From contig OX597834.1 of NCBI GenBank assembly GCA_951406725.2, positions 43,090,001 to 43,154,000 on the forward strand: DNA of 64,000 bases, read 5' to 3'. This stretch comes from Octopus vulgaris. Its lineage: Eukaryota. Made by a program: the position numbers and the translations under genes. Position 1 is the first letter of the stretch; each line of letters opens with the position of its first letter. Positions 26,130 through 40,775 of this stretch are shown piece by piece. Under the pieces are notes generated by a model. That model did no database searches. It saw only the letters and a program-made list of their open reading frames with translations, and had not been told where the DNA came from.

Positions 26130-26740
26130 ATATATAGTTGCTATTTCTAGCATGTCTATTAACCATGTAGTATGTGATTAATATATATGGCTGCTATTTC
26201 TAGCATGTCTATTAACCACATAGTGTGTCCTTCCGTAGGTATTTAATATATATAGTTGCTATTTCTAGCATGTCTCTTAAACACGTGGTGTGTCCTTCCG
26301 TGGGTATTTAATATATATGGTTGCTATTTCTAGCATGTCTATTAACCACTTCGTGTGTCCTTCTATAGGTAAATAATATATATGGTTGCTATTTCTAGCA
26401 TGTCTCTTAACCACGCAGTGTGTCCTTCCATTGCTGATTAATATATATATGGTTGCTATTTTTAGCATGTCTCTTAACCACGTAGTGTGTCCTTCCGTAT
26501 GTATTTAACATATATGGTTGCTATTTCTAGCATGTGTCGTTCCATTGGTGAGTAATATATACGGTTGCTATTTCTAGCATGTCTATTAACCACGCAGTGT
26601 GTCCTTCCATTGGTGATTAATATATATATGGTTGCTATTTCTAGCATGTGTCCTTCCATTGGTGAGTAATATATACGGTTGCTATTTCTAGCATGTCTAT
26701 TAACCACGTAGAGTGTCGTACCGTAGGTGATTAATATTTA
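26130..26740. repeat. Minisatellite, 10 units of 47-67 bp
   Basis: Core GTTGCTATTTCTAGCATGT at about 26137, 26190, 26255, 26320, 26385, 26452, 26517, 26564, 26631 and 26678. Confidence 0.95.
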
Positions 26741-27299
26741 TGTTCTTTAAGTTCTTTGCAAAGATTGCAGCTGATATTACACTCGGTTTTAATGACCTCA
26801 TTATAATTGTACTTGCAGGCAAAGTATTGATCTTCAATATTTGGTTGCTCTGCCGGTTAAGAACAAGAGAAGAAAAAAAATCGTAATCGCACCCTACTGT
26901 ATACATTTGAAAAGCAAACCATGCTGGAGAGATTTGGCATCGATTCATTGCCTCGGTAAAAAGAGGAGGTGATATCAGCTGGTATACCGTTGACCAAGGT
27001 TTCTCTTGATATGGATTCCAATAAGAAAAAACAATAATAACAAGAATTACCATTTTCAAGACTAGCGACATCTGAGATTTAAGATAGAATCTCTGACGTC
27101 TATATTTTATCACATAAAAGATTGATTTATCAAAAAAATCTACGGTGGTTTACGAAGAGATATAAGCACCAAATATTTATTAACAGCAGCTCATCTTAAG
27201 AAGAGAAGATTATAACAGGAATAAAGAATCTATGTTGTATGGTATTTACTATACTTGTATTTCTCTATATGCACACGCATGCATGCTTGCATGTGCGTG

Positions 27300-27346
<47 letters not shown>

Positions 27347-27529
27347 TTATGTGTGTATGTATGCTTGTATGTATGTATATATGTATGTATGTATGTGTGT
27401 GTGTATGTATGTATGTATATATGTATGTATGTATGTGTGTATGTATGTATGTATGTATATATGTGTGTGTATGTATGTATGTATACATCTATGTATGTAT
27501 GTATATATGTGTCTATGTATGTATATATG

Positions 27530-27563
<34 letters not shown>

Positions 27564-27612
27564 TGTATGTATGTATGTATGTATGTATGTATGTATGTAT
27601 GTATGTATGTGT
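27300..27612. repeat. (TA)/(TG)/(TATG)n compound microsatellite
   Basis: Direct inspection. Confidence 0.95.
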
Positions 27613-27699
27613 GATTGAAGGCGAACATGATGTTAGTAAATAACAGGAGTCCCGAAACAGACTTTAATCAATATATGAATTAAAAATTAGAGAAATGGA

Positions 27700-27813
27700 A
27701 AGGGATAGAGAGGCAAAGAAAGTCAGAATGAGAGGGAGAGTGAGAGGGAGAGAAGAAGAAAAGAGAGAGGGAGCGAAAGAGGGAGAGGAAAGGAAAGCGA
27801 AGAAAGAGGTGAA

Positions 27814-27849
<36 letters not shown>

Positions 27850-27850
27850 C
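27700..27850. repeat. Purine-rich (GA)/(AAAG)n tract
   Basis: Direct inspection. Confidence 0.85.
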
Positions 27851-28357
27851 AGGAAAGCGAAGATTCAAATATGGCAAACATGAAACATAAGGCAAGGGAA
27901 GGACGCCTAGAAGTGGTTGACAAAGTTGCATGAAACTAGTAGAGCAAAATTAACTAATGCCACCAGCAATACCATGCATGGTACTTTCAGAAATATATAT
28001 TGCGAAGTTCTTACTGATACCACCCATGGCGGCCGCCTTTGAATCGATTCCTTCAGATGTTAAATGGAGACATGACGGTGTCGCTTGGTCATATTTATTG
28101 AGATTAAATTGTAGGATTGATGGCTGTGTAAGCAGAGCAATGTATAAAGTAGCTAAGTGCGGTGATGGTGTTGTTCTTCTTCTTCCAATCAGGACTCATG
28201 CCATTAACCACAAAGAATAACGTTTCTGCTAGCTCGCCACCTTGAATAAGAAACGATCATTGTTGCTGCTGCTGCTGCTGCTGTCGTTTTTGTTGTTGTT
28301 GTTGTTGTTGTTCTTCTTCTTCTTCTTCTTCTTCTTCTTCTTCTTCTTCTTCTTCTT

Positions 28358-28831
28358 CCAATCGGGACTCACGCCATTAGCCACAACGAATAATCTCTAA
28401 TTCGAGCCTACTCTTAGCTACTAAGAATGCGTGCGGCAACTTGAAGATCCACCCACCACACACTATAGAATGGCGGTTGCACGGGTGCGAAAGCTACGTT
28501 GTTATCCTCATTCCGTAAACGGTGTCTTTTAACGGGTGGAGAGCTGAACCATCCTGGGGTACAGAGGATTCGCAATCTAGACTAGGATCTGAAAGTTTAC
28601 CACACCATTGTGGGTTACACCATGGTTCCTCTGCCTTGTGGCAGAAGTAGGAAGAGTGAGAGAAAGTTGTGGTGAAAGAGTAGAGCGAGGTTCACCACTA
28701 CCCCCCGCCGGAGCCTCGTGGATCTTAGGTGCTTTTGCTCAATAAACACTCACAATGCCTGGTCTGGTAATCGAAATCGCGTTCTTACGACAACGAATCA
28801 GCTGGCCTAGCTACTGGGCCATTGCGCCTCC
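28358..28831 (-). mobile_element. tRNA-derived SINE, family D, with (GAA)n(CAA)n tail
   Basis: Minus-strand head GGAGGCGCAATGGCCCAGTAG...GATTTCGATTACC (A/B boxes, similar in style to the family C head), ~470 bp body, triplet tail at 28262-28357. Confidence 0.85.
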
Positions 28832-28917
28832 ACTGATGGTTTTGTTGTTCCTTGTTGCCTTTGTGCTGGAGTTGGCGAAGATAATGAAGCTGAGAGATGA
28901 GAACCAACACACACACA

Positions 28918-28959
<42 letters not shown>

Positions 28960-29292
28960 AACTTAATATAAAAAGCTAAGAGTAATATGATAACATACAG
29001 GAAAAATTCACTCGTCACTAAATGTGACTAGGGGTGCTGAAGCACCTACATTGCTAGAAATAAGGGATCTAGTTATATTCATTCGCAAAATATGCATTTT
29101 TTAAAACTCAGTAAAAAGTCTGAAAATCGATTGTAATAATGTAGCCTTCCAGGCTCATTGCTTTGAAGGTATGATGTGGGGGAAAACATTGGAGAGACAG
29201 AATTTTTCTGCTTTTAACGGAGCGGTGTCAACTTGAAGATTGTTCTCTGTGAAATTTAGAGTTTAACATCTGACCCCCTTCATTGTAGGTTT

Positions 29293-29343
<51 letters not shown>

Positions 29344-29542
29344 TTGCTACTACTACTACTACTACTACTACTACTAATACTACTACTACTACTACTGCTG
29401 CTGCTGCCTGCTGCTGCTGCTCCTGCCACTCCTCCTTCTCCTGCTACTACTACTACTACCACCACCACCACCACTACTACTACTACCACCACCACCACCA
29501 CCACCACCACCACCACCACCACTACTACTACTACTACTACTG
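29293..29542. repeat. (CTA)/(CTG)/(CCA)n compound trinucleotide microsatellite
   Basis: Direct inspection. Confidence 0.95.
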
Positions 29543-30094
29543 CATCATATGAGTATGTGAAATTGTTACACAGTCTGCAACAATAAACAATCTAATAATA
29601 CATTCTGTTAATAATTCTGTTAATAAAAATACGCTAACTATACTAACACCGTAATAATTATAATACGCCATATTCTATTGCTTTAGCAGCTGAAAGACAA
29701 TTACACATCGCTATTACAGAAACTATATTTTATATACCGCATAATTTAATATTAGGCTAACTAAATATATATTACTGCATTCAACTAAATACATTTATAA
29801 ACTGTCTGATATTTTGTTATGTTATACAAATTAGTCTATCACATTAATACATTGATGGAATATGTTATTAAGCATCAAACTCGGTACACTAAATACGCAG
29901 ACACATTATTTTATACCAACGATACCTTTGTTCCAATGAGAATTCAGATATTAAAGTGAATATAGTTTTTGCACAAAATACAATTATGCGTTACACTACA
30001 TACATATATACATACATACACACATACATACATACATACATACATATATACGTATATACATAGATACATAAATACAGAAAGACAGAGAGACATA

Positions 30095-30104
30095 TAGATA
30101 GACT

Positions 30105-30153
<49 letters not shown>
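30095..30153. repeat. (GATA)n microsatellite
   Basis: Direct inspection. Confidence 0.93.
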
Positions 30154-30154
<1 letters not shown>

Positions 30155-30870
30155 AACATAAATACATTGATAAATCGACCAATCAATATATAGAGAGATA
30201 GACTAATAGATAGACAGAAAGATAGAAGGATAAATAAAAGATAGACAGTTAAATAGATAGAGAGAAAGATAGATACTAAAACAGAGGGATGGACAGAGAG
30301 ACAGACAGACAGACACTTTATATATCCTTATATACGTCCTTATATATTGAGATACATGTCTAAATATCCTTATTTTTAAATATTACGCGTGACGTGTGAC
30401 TGTGTGTGTGTGTGGGGGGGGTGCATGCGTGAGTGCGTGTGCACGCGCGTGTGTATGTGTGTGTGTGCATGCATGCATAATTATGAACTAAATTGGTAAT
30501 TTAAGGACTTGGTTCTTGGTTGAATGAATGAATGTCTAAAGTTAAATTGGGTTTGGGGTTTCTTGATGCTAGTGATTTTAACAGGTAAAATCTTTTCAGG
30601 TGATCAGTTAAAATTTCACCAATATGGATTACCTTGATAATATTGGGTTCATATAAATTTTCGTACATGTTATAGTTAATTCTGATAATATTATGTATAT
30701 GGCTATATATCTATATATATCTATCTGTGTATAAGAATATATATATATATGTATGTATGTATAGATTAATGCAATTGAAACAATTATTGGCTTTTTAAAT
30801 TGTCACCTAATATAAATAAAGATATGATTTTCTCCGTATAATTATTCATTTGATATATATATTCTTTTAA

Positions 30871-30913
30871 TTTTTATCTAGTTTCAGCTCACGAGCTGTG
30901 GCCATGCTGGGGC
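30871..30913 (-). mobile_element. Isolated retroposon 3' end related to the family A tail
   Basis: Minus CCCCAGCATGGCCACAGCTCGTGAGCTGAAACTAGATAAAAA; second copy at 39421-39470. Confidence 0.7.
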
Positions 30914-30919
30914 CACATA

Positions 30920-30951
<32 letters not shown>

Positions 30952-31504
30952 CCCACATATGTATATATATATATATATACATACAAGCACACACACACAT
31001 ACGTATATTGTATAATGTTCGTGTTGTGTATCTATCTTTCTATCGATCTATCTCTATATATCTATCTTCTTCCCTCGCATCATAGATATACACACACAAA
31101 CACACATATATATATGTGCATGTATGTATATATTGATATATTCTATACCCCCATATACGCACGACTTTGAGCGCACGCACGATCATAACTGCGCATGCAC
31201 ATACGTGTGTTTATAGAGAGATAATTGATCACCATTAAATATATCTGCACAAATCAAACATATTAAAATAAAGCTTCCTGTACCAGCGCGTAGATACGAA
31301 TGTATATATATATATATATAGATATATGTATGTATACATACAAACACACACACACATATATACATATATATATAGATGTATGCACATAAATATATATATA
31401 TATGTGTGTTTGTGTGTGCGTGCATGTGCGTGTACAATTATATATATATGTATCTCAGTACATATATACCAATGTTTGTTTGTGTGTATATATATATCTT
31501 CATA

Positions 31505-31546
<42 letters not shown>

Positions 31547-31558
31547 TATATATGAATG

Positions 31559-31645
<87 letters not shown>

Positions 31646-32543
31646 ATTGATAGATATATCTGTAGTCCAATAATTTGATGTCATGGAGATTGTATATGCA
31701 ACATAACGGAATGGCGAAGCCTTCTTCCTTTCAACTTCTGTATTTTACATCGTACACTGGAAACCCCTAAAGAGACAATTAATTTGGTTAGAATATAATA
31801 GTTAGGTCTTGAAGCGTTGACTTTGATCTCAAACTCTCATTTCTGTTTGGGTTCTCCATTACCTCCAACAAAACACAATCTTTACTTGCATCGTGCTTAT
31901 ACTCATTCGTCTATCTCTCAACATTCGCTCTTAATCTATTCTGTTCATATTGGGAAAGGAATCGACATGACATTATGCAAAAATCTTTATCAATCATTTC
32001 CTCCAGTCAACACGTCATGATAAAGACAACGAAACGTCAGGCCTCTACCTGGTCATTTGATTTGCTAGAAATACCAAGCGTATATTAAACGAATCCTCCG
32101 CTAGCCTCATGAAAATTGGAAGAAAAAATGAAAACGCCATATATAAGTAATATGGTTAAAGGTACTCTGCACAATGAAAGCCAGGCGGGGTGGCCACGAC
32201 TGAGACCATTCTTATCTATTTCGATTTCGTTGAGATTAAAAAAGTATTCACAACTACAATAAAACGTAAGAGCAAAAAATATCAAAACCTCTCTGTTTCT
32301 CTCTCTCTTTCTACATATATATATATGAATGTATATCTATATATATATATCAGCAATAATAAATCTCTGAGCGAGGTACAAACAGTAACTGCACGACATC
32401 GTGAAGTATATTTGCCACTTAAATGTGGCTAACCCTAAACGTGGATGCTACTGTAGCTTGTAACCCCAGGAGGACACCTCATCTAGCTGGCTATTGACAC
32501 ACATTCTGTGCCCTATCATTATTTGCAAAACCAGCTGGAGGAG

Positions 32544-32589
<46 letters not shown>

Positions 32590-32654
32590 CAAACACATAT
32601 ATATATATATATATTATATACATACACACATATATATATATATTATATACATGC

Positions 32655-32703
<49 letters not shown>

Positions 32704-32745
32704 CATATATATATTATATATATACACACACATATATATACATAC

Positions 32746-32777
<32 letters not shown>

Positions 32778-33289
32778 TGTATTTATACATACATGTCTAT
32801 ATTATATATACATACATTTTTCCATGTGTAATTATACACCCAAATATAAAACGTATTTAAAATTTATATATATTTGATGCTATCGACGGTAGTATAAACT
32901 GGATAGTATATATTAGAAGATATGTGCTATATTGTGGCTCCTTTGTATAACACCAATCAGAGAAAACGACAGACACGTTTCATCCTTTGTAAACATCATC
33001 TGCAGTATATACATCGTGCTCGTTTGATAAGAATGAGGATAATCAACATATGTAGAATTCGAATCAATGTAGTCACGGAAGAATATCATAAGGATATATT
33101 GTGTAAATGCATAAACGTTAGTTTCTAGAATATTTATTAAAATGTATTAAATAAATTCCGACCATTCATCCGAGACTAACTAGCGAATTAGGGAAAAAAA
33201 GTCCATTATACAAGCTAGGAGTTATACTAAGATGTACTCAACTAATAAGATATTTATGCATAAGTTAAGCTGTAAATGTGTAAAAATTA

Positions 33290-33502
33290 TCAATTTTGGC
33301 ACAAGACCAGCAGTTTCTCGGTAGGGGTATCGCTCGATCCCATCTAATCCAGTGATCAATTGGAACATATTTTATCGACCGTGAAGAGATTAAAGTCAAC
33401 GTCGACATCAGCGACATTTGAAATCAAATTTTAAAGACGAACGAAACATCGCTTAGCATTTCGGGCAGCAATGCTAACGATTCTGCCAGTTCACCGCCTT
33501 AA
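33290..33502 (-). mobile_element. SINE family B, diverged
   Basis: TTTTATCGACC..AAAGTCAAC..GCTAACGATTCTGCCAGTTCACCGCCTT. Confidence 0.8.
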
Positions 33503-33587
33503 AGATTCTATGAATATTATGGAAAGCAGGTAGGACATCGTTAAGGGTTTTCCAAAGTTTCAAGTAATATATATATATACATACATA

Positions 33588-33648
<61 letters not shown>

Positions 33649-34262
33649 GTATATATATATTCAAATCCATGGTTCACTGTTCGATGCCTGTTGCTGCAGC
33701 GAATGTAACGCCAAACGTCCTGACTCAGATCCCAATTGACAACAGTAAATAACTGACTCAATAACTAGTTCTCATATACGATGATATACGAACTACTAAA
33801 AAGTCCAACTTGCTTATATTGATATTAATAACGCTGAGAATAAACCAGAGTCAAAGTAGAAATATATAAAATATAAATAAACTCCAGCAAAAATAACAAT
33901 GAAAAGAAAATAGAAAATCATGTAGGCTGGTAGAGATATACACATTATTATTTTTCAGATGATCTGTTTGAATGAGCTATGAGGAAGCGCGGCACTAAAT
34001 CCGAAAGCTAAAAACAAAAACAGGGAAGGCGAAATGAAATGATTGATCGTGTATTTCCTATTTAAAGATAATTTAATGAAACTTGTTAGGAATAGTGAAT
34101 TAATGTAAACGCTGAAACAACATGAAAGCGAGAAACACACATTACAGACAATCTCATAAGAGATGAAAAGAAGCAGAAGACACACAACGAGAGCGAACAA
34201 AGGGAAACAACCAGACAAAGGGAGAAACACTCAAACTGCAACACAACATAAATATATATATT

Positions 34263-34316
<54 letters not shown>

Positions 34317-34376
34317 TACTGGAATTTATAGAAATTCAAAGGACAAAGTATATATATGCATATATATATATATATA

Positions 34377-34419
<43 letters not shown>

Positions 34420-34431
34420 CATACATGCATG

Positions 34432-34478
<47 letters not shown>

Positions 34479-34646
34479 TGACAAAAATACAATCACCAGC
34501 ACGCACCTCATCAAGCAACAATATGTGTGTGTACATATGTGTATGTTTGTGTATGCGTGTGTGCTTGTGTGTGTGTATGTGTGTATGGATATAGTCATGC
34601 GGCACACGGAAATGTACACACACACACACGCACTCTCTCACACATA

Positions 34647-34695
<49 letters not shown>

Positions 34696-34978
34696 TATTA
34701 TTAGATACAAATAATTATTTTCTCATTTTCTGCTAATTGAATTATTATCGTATGAGTAGATATGATTCCAGTTCCGTTAATCCCCAATCTTCAATATTAA
34801 TCACTCTTCTGCCCCAGCGTCACCATGAAGCAGCATCCAGACCAGAAACAGTAGCAGTAGTAGTAGCAGCAGCAGCGACAACTGATGTAACTGAATTTTT
34901 TTTTCCTCTGTATATATATATAAATAAGTGTGTGTATGTGTGTGTATGTGTATGTATGTCTCTCTATATATATATATT

Positions 34979-35057
<79 letters not shown>

Positions 35058-35333
35058 GTTCTTTGTTTCGAAATATAGCGTGTGTCCCATACGAAATCCA
35101 TATGTATTTTATTCCTGACTAATTTCAGACCAAACCATTGTTTCGAATCTGGTTTTAACGAATGCTTAATTTTCTAACATCAATCCCGATCCCCTTTGGT
35201 GAAACCGGCAATATGTTCCTACCGGTTCCCAACAAAATAGGTTTGCTTTCTGATGAGTTTAACGCAAACTATTGCTTCAGGAACATTAAATGGGTATTAG
35301 ATTTCTCATTATGGCTTTATAATAGGAAATGGA

Positions 35334-35535
35334 GGCACAGGTGTAGCTCTGTTGTCAGAAGGAAATACAGGCATAGGTGAAGTTGTGTGGTAAGTAGCTT
35401 CCTTCCCAACCACATAGTTCCTCGGTTTCAGTCCCACTGCGTGGCACCTTGGGCAAGATTCTTCTGCTATAGCCTCGGGCCAACCGAAACTTTGTGAATG
35501 AAATTGGTAGACGGAAACTGAAAGGAACTCATCGC
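35334..35535 (+). mobile_element. SINE family A, 5' half with duplicated head
   Basis: GTGTGGTAAGTAGCTTCC..GTTTCAGTCCCACTGCGTGGCACCTTGGGCAAG..GGTAGACGGAAACTGAAAG. Confidence 0.85.
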
Positions 35536-35703
35536 GCACACACATACACACATATGTATATATACAAATACATTTCAGTACACCATACAGGACGCATAGA
35601 AATGAATGCAAGGACATCAGTACAAACTGTATTGGAGAAATGTTTCGCAGTTTATGAGAAATAATGTGACTCACAGGAGAGCATAAAATCAAATATCAAC
35701 AAT

Positions 35704-35817
35704 GGGTTCAGTTGCAATGCCTGGAACCTTAGGCAAGTGTCTCCTAATTTAGCTTCGTGCCGACCAAAGTCTTATGACAAGATTTGGCAAACGGAAACAG
35801 AAAGAAGCCCGTCGTAT
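35704..35817 (+). mobile_element. SINE family A fragment
   Basis: GGGTTCAG..ACCTTAGGCAAGTGTCT..CCGACCAAAG..CGGAAACAGAAAGAAGCCCGTCGTA. Confidence 0.8.
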
Positions 35818-36007
35818 ATATATATAGATATATATATATTTGTGTGTGCATATATATAAGTATATGCATATATACGTATATATATATATTTGTATATTAA
35901 ATAATATATTTATATTATAAAAGATTATTTATGTATATTTATTAATTAATTATTTTATTATTGTAGTTATTTTTAACCTGAGTGGCTATATCGATATCGA
36001 AGTGATT

Positions 36008-36015
36008 CTACTACA

Positions 36016-36085
<70 letters not shown>

Positions 36086-36100
36086 TACTACTTTACTACT
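36008..36100. repeat. (CTA)n microsatellite
   Basis: Direct inspection. Confidence 0.93.
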
Positions 36101-37246
36101 AAAATTTTTACTCTTTCATTAAATATATCCACGAAACACGTGTCGTTATTCTACCAAACATATACGTTTTATTTATTATTTTGCACATTATTTCACCAAC
36201 GGTATATTATTTTTATCTTATATTTAATATTTCTATTATATGTAATTTTTCTAAATGATGTAATTTAATTTTTCATTTTGAATTGATAAAAGGTGTCTTT
36301 TTACTAATTCATATATATATATATATATATTATATTTTGTGAAATTTGATTTAGTATTTCTAAATTGAATTTTTCCCTGTAAGTTAGAAATAATATTCCC
36401 TCAAATTATATATATATTTATATAAATATATATGTATATATGCATATATACACATATGTATATATATGTATTTATATATATTTATATATATACACACACA
36501 CTCACACATACATACACACACGTACATATATATATACACCCACGTATCCGACAGCTATGAATGCACTGTACTTTTAGATATAAAATGAGAGTTTGTGCAA
36601 ACTATTGAGTGTATAGATAGATGGGTAGATAGATAGATAGGTTTAGAGATTGGTGTTTCTGTTTTTTTCAATATGCGACTAGAATTTATTTTCCGATTCC
36701 TTATGAATTACTTCTATGCATATTCAGGTCACCGAATCAAAACCTGGGTTTCTTTAACGTCTTTTAATGAGCGCTTTAACTAATCGCTTTGCATAAAAAT
36801 AATTTTCTGTACCACCACGAAATAGTCAGCCATAATAAATACATACATATACATGCACAAACACAGACATATGTTTATATGTATATATACACCTGCAAAG
36901 GTATATATATATACGTTTATCTCAAATCCGCCATGTAATTATTTGTCGGAATGCACAGATACATGCATACATGGGAATATATTCGTAAGTACGTACATGT
37001 ATTATGTACGTATTTAAATATATATATATATGTGTGTATGTGTGTGTTTACATGAATATATGTATATGTGTGTATATTTTTGTGTGTGCGCATATATATG
37101 TATATATATATATTTATTTATATGCATATATATTTACATATATATATATTGCATTCTGACATGCACACTTTTGTGAGTACATGCATGTATGCTTATATAT
37201 ACGTACACACACAAATATACATATATATAAACACATATATATGTAT

Positions 37247-37296
<50 letters not shown>

Positions 37297-37566
37297 TATG
37301 TGCATACATATACATATGCATGCAGACATGTTATCGTACATACATATAGACATACATATATACATACGTGCATACGTATATGATGCAGAGAGAAATTCAA
37401 TCAATTTATCTTTTGAAAACATGCAATAATATTCATGAAACAAAATTTTAAAAAAATAATAAAACGAGAAAGTTGAAGAAAAACTAAAAAAAAACCCAAA
37501 ATAAGCAAACATACAGAATAAAGAAAAAAATAATAGCAACATCGATGGGGATTATAATAAAGAACA

Positions 37567-37750
<184 letters not shown>

Positions 37751-38434
37751 ACAACAAAAGAACAAAAATAACTGCACCAAAAATATTAACGAGTGTAAAG
37801 AAAATAATATTAATATCAAGAATGAAAGCAAATATTGTAGAGAATAAATTCAATTTCTTCTATAAATATTACTTAAATGAAATAAAATATTAGTTATTTT
37901 AAATAATCTACGAAAGTGTGGTGTTAATTTAATTGAATTCTAAACAAGCTTCATACAGCTAATTCACATTTGCACATAGAGACACAACGACATACGTATG
38001 CATATATATATATATAAATATATATACATACATATGTGTATATATGTGTATGCATTAGCGTGTATGTATGAAGATAAACGTCATGTTATTGTATATATAT
38101 TTGTCTATATAATTACATCTGACGCTCACAAACTAGCAGATCTGAAACATATTATACACCCAAATCATGGCTGTATATATAAATATATATATATATATAT
38201 ACATGCACATTACATATATATATATGCATATATACACACGTATATATGTATGCACACACACACAAACATATATATATATGTATATTTATATGTATATATC
38301 TATATGTATATATGTATATATATATATATATACATATATATTAAAGTATATGTGTATATATATATGTATATATATATATATATATAAATGTATATGTATA
38401 TATATACATATATATTAAAGTATATGTGTATATA

Positions 38435-38474
<40 letters not shown>

Positions 38475-38487
38475 ATATGTGTATATA

Positions 38488-38536
<49 letters not shown>

Positions 38537-39156
38537 TATTTAATATGTAGTCAGTATAATTTCATATGAAAGAAATGAGAATAAGCAAACATCTTAGTCA
38601 ATATAAAAACCAGCCTGGACAAACATGCTGAAAAGAACCACTTTAAACCACGCCGTTTTCCAATTATATATATAATGAAGCACGTATGTACTGATTCCTG
38701 TTTTCATTGATTTTTTTTCTTCTCTATTTTCCTAATCATCTCTCTTACTCGCAAAATTCAACATACACGTATGTGTGTATATGTATGTACGCATGTACAT
38801 ACACATGAAAAAATATATATATATTATTCCAGAATCGGTTAACATACATCGGAATCACACAGACACACACATACTCTCTTACACACACAGACACGGACAC
38901 GCGCAGACAGACAAACACACACATATAAATCTGTAGACACAAATAAACAAATAAGCACATACAAGTAAGGTATTATTAATTCTGAGTGTAGAAGAGGTTT
39001 CAGAGATGGACATGGTGAAACGGGAGGGAATCTGGAAAAGAATATTTTTCATAGATTCTTACACATTTTCTAATAACATTAAATGAAATGAACACATACG
39101 TATATACCGAATGGTAATTATATATTTATATATATACATAATGGATATATACATAA

Positions 39157-39351
<195 letters not shown>

Positions 39352-39420
39352 GTATATATATGTATATCTATATATCAATATATATGTATGAATATAAATA
39401 TATAATTTTATTTCACTTTT

Positions 39421-39470
39421 CTTTTTATCTACTTTCAGCTCACGAGCTGTGGCCATGCTGGGGCACCGCC
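39421..39470 (-). mobile_element. Isolated retroposon 3' end related to the family A tail
   Basis: Minus GGCGGTGCCCCAGCATGGCCACAGCTCGTGAGCTGAAAGTAGATAAAAAG, embedded in (TA)n. Confidence 0.7.
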
Positions 39471-39491
39471 ATATGTATATATGTATATATA

Positions 39492-39552
<61 letters not shown>

Positions 39553-39650
39553 CGTGAACGAGAGAGAGAGAGAGAGAGAGAGAAAATACATAGATAGGCA
39601 GATATATAGGCCGACATGTAGATAGACAAACAGACACACATATAGACAGT

Positions 39651-39700
<50 letters not shown>

Positions 39701-40119
39701 TAGATAGATAGATAAGTATACAGACAGACAGGTAGACAAATAGATACAGAGAGAGTGAGAAAGAGAGAAATAGGAGAATCCTAATGAGAGAACGTTAGTC
39801 TTGCTGATATACATATATAGGTTGAGAATTTGGGACATGATGGTAACAACAGCCGAGGCAATGCTATACATCTGTAATAGAATTAGATTTCCATTTTATT
39901 TTATATGTCTTATATGTTGTTCATGTTGTTCTTTTGAGATTCCATTAATTACGAACGTGTTTAGAATAGAGATAGCTTAATTAATGTCTAAACTAAAATC
40001 TAGCTGCGATGCTATATCTAATTCTTCACGTTTCAATAACCGATGTTCTACAATAGTTAGGCACTGATTCGGTTCCTAGAATTGGTAATGAAATTTACTT
40101 TAGTTAGTTTTCGAAATAC

Positions 40120-40124
40120 CATTA

Positions 40125-40210
<86 letters not shown>
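40120..40210. repeat. (ATT)n microsatellite
   Basis: Direct inspection. Confidence 0.95.
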
Positions 40211-40719
40211 GTTCGCTCTCATTCGTATTGGTTTTAGTTATTGTAGTTTTTTGGGCTTTTCATTTGTTATTGTTGTTGCAATGTGTTTTGATTGCGTTAA
40301 TGTTGATGTCGTCGGTGATTACGATGTTGTTTTATATGATGTTAGGGAAATGAAATATCATTAAAACACTTAGGTTTCTTTATGAACGAGATTACCCACA
40401 AATTAGAGCCTTTATTCAATTTTCTCTTTCGCAGGAAATATCATTGAATACTCTATGATATTTTAGGTTAATGAATAAATCTATATTTGCATTCTCCAGC
40501 TCCTTCTATTTCCCTGTTGCTCTCTACACATATACAAACATATACATACATATATATATATGTATGTATATGAGTGTGTGTGTGTGTTTATGTACATATC
40601 TGCACACACAAACAGACGCACATATACATACATATATACGAGCATGCATGCGAAATATATATATATATATGCATATATATATATATGTATATATATATGT
40701 ATATATATATATATGTAAA

Positions 40720-40775
<56 letters not shown>

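Noticed and set aside
26130-26740. CRISPR-like repeat/spacer appearance
   Set aside because: The intervening segments are homologous to each other rather than unique, there are no cas genes, and the context is eukaryotic.
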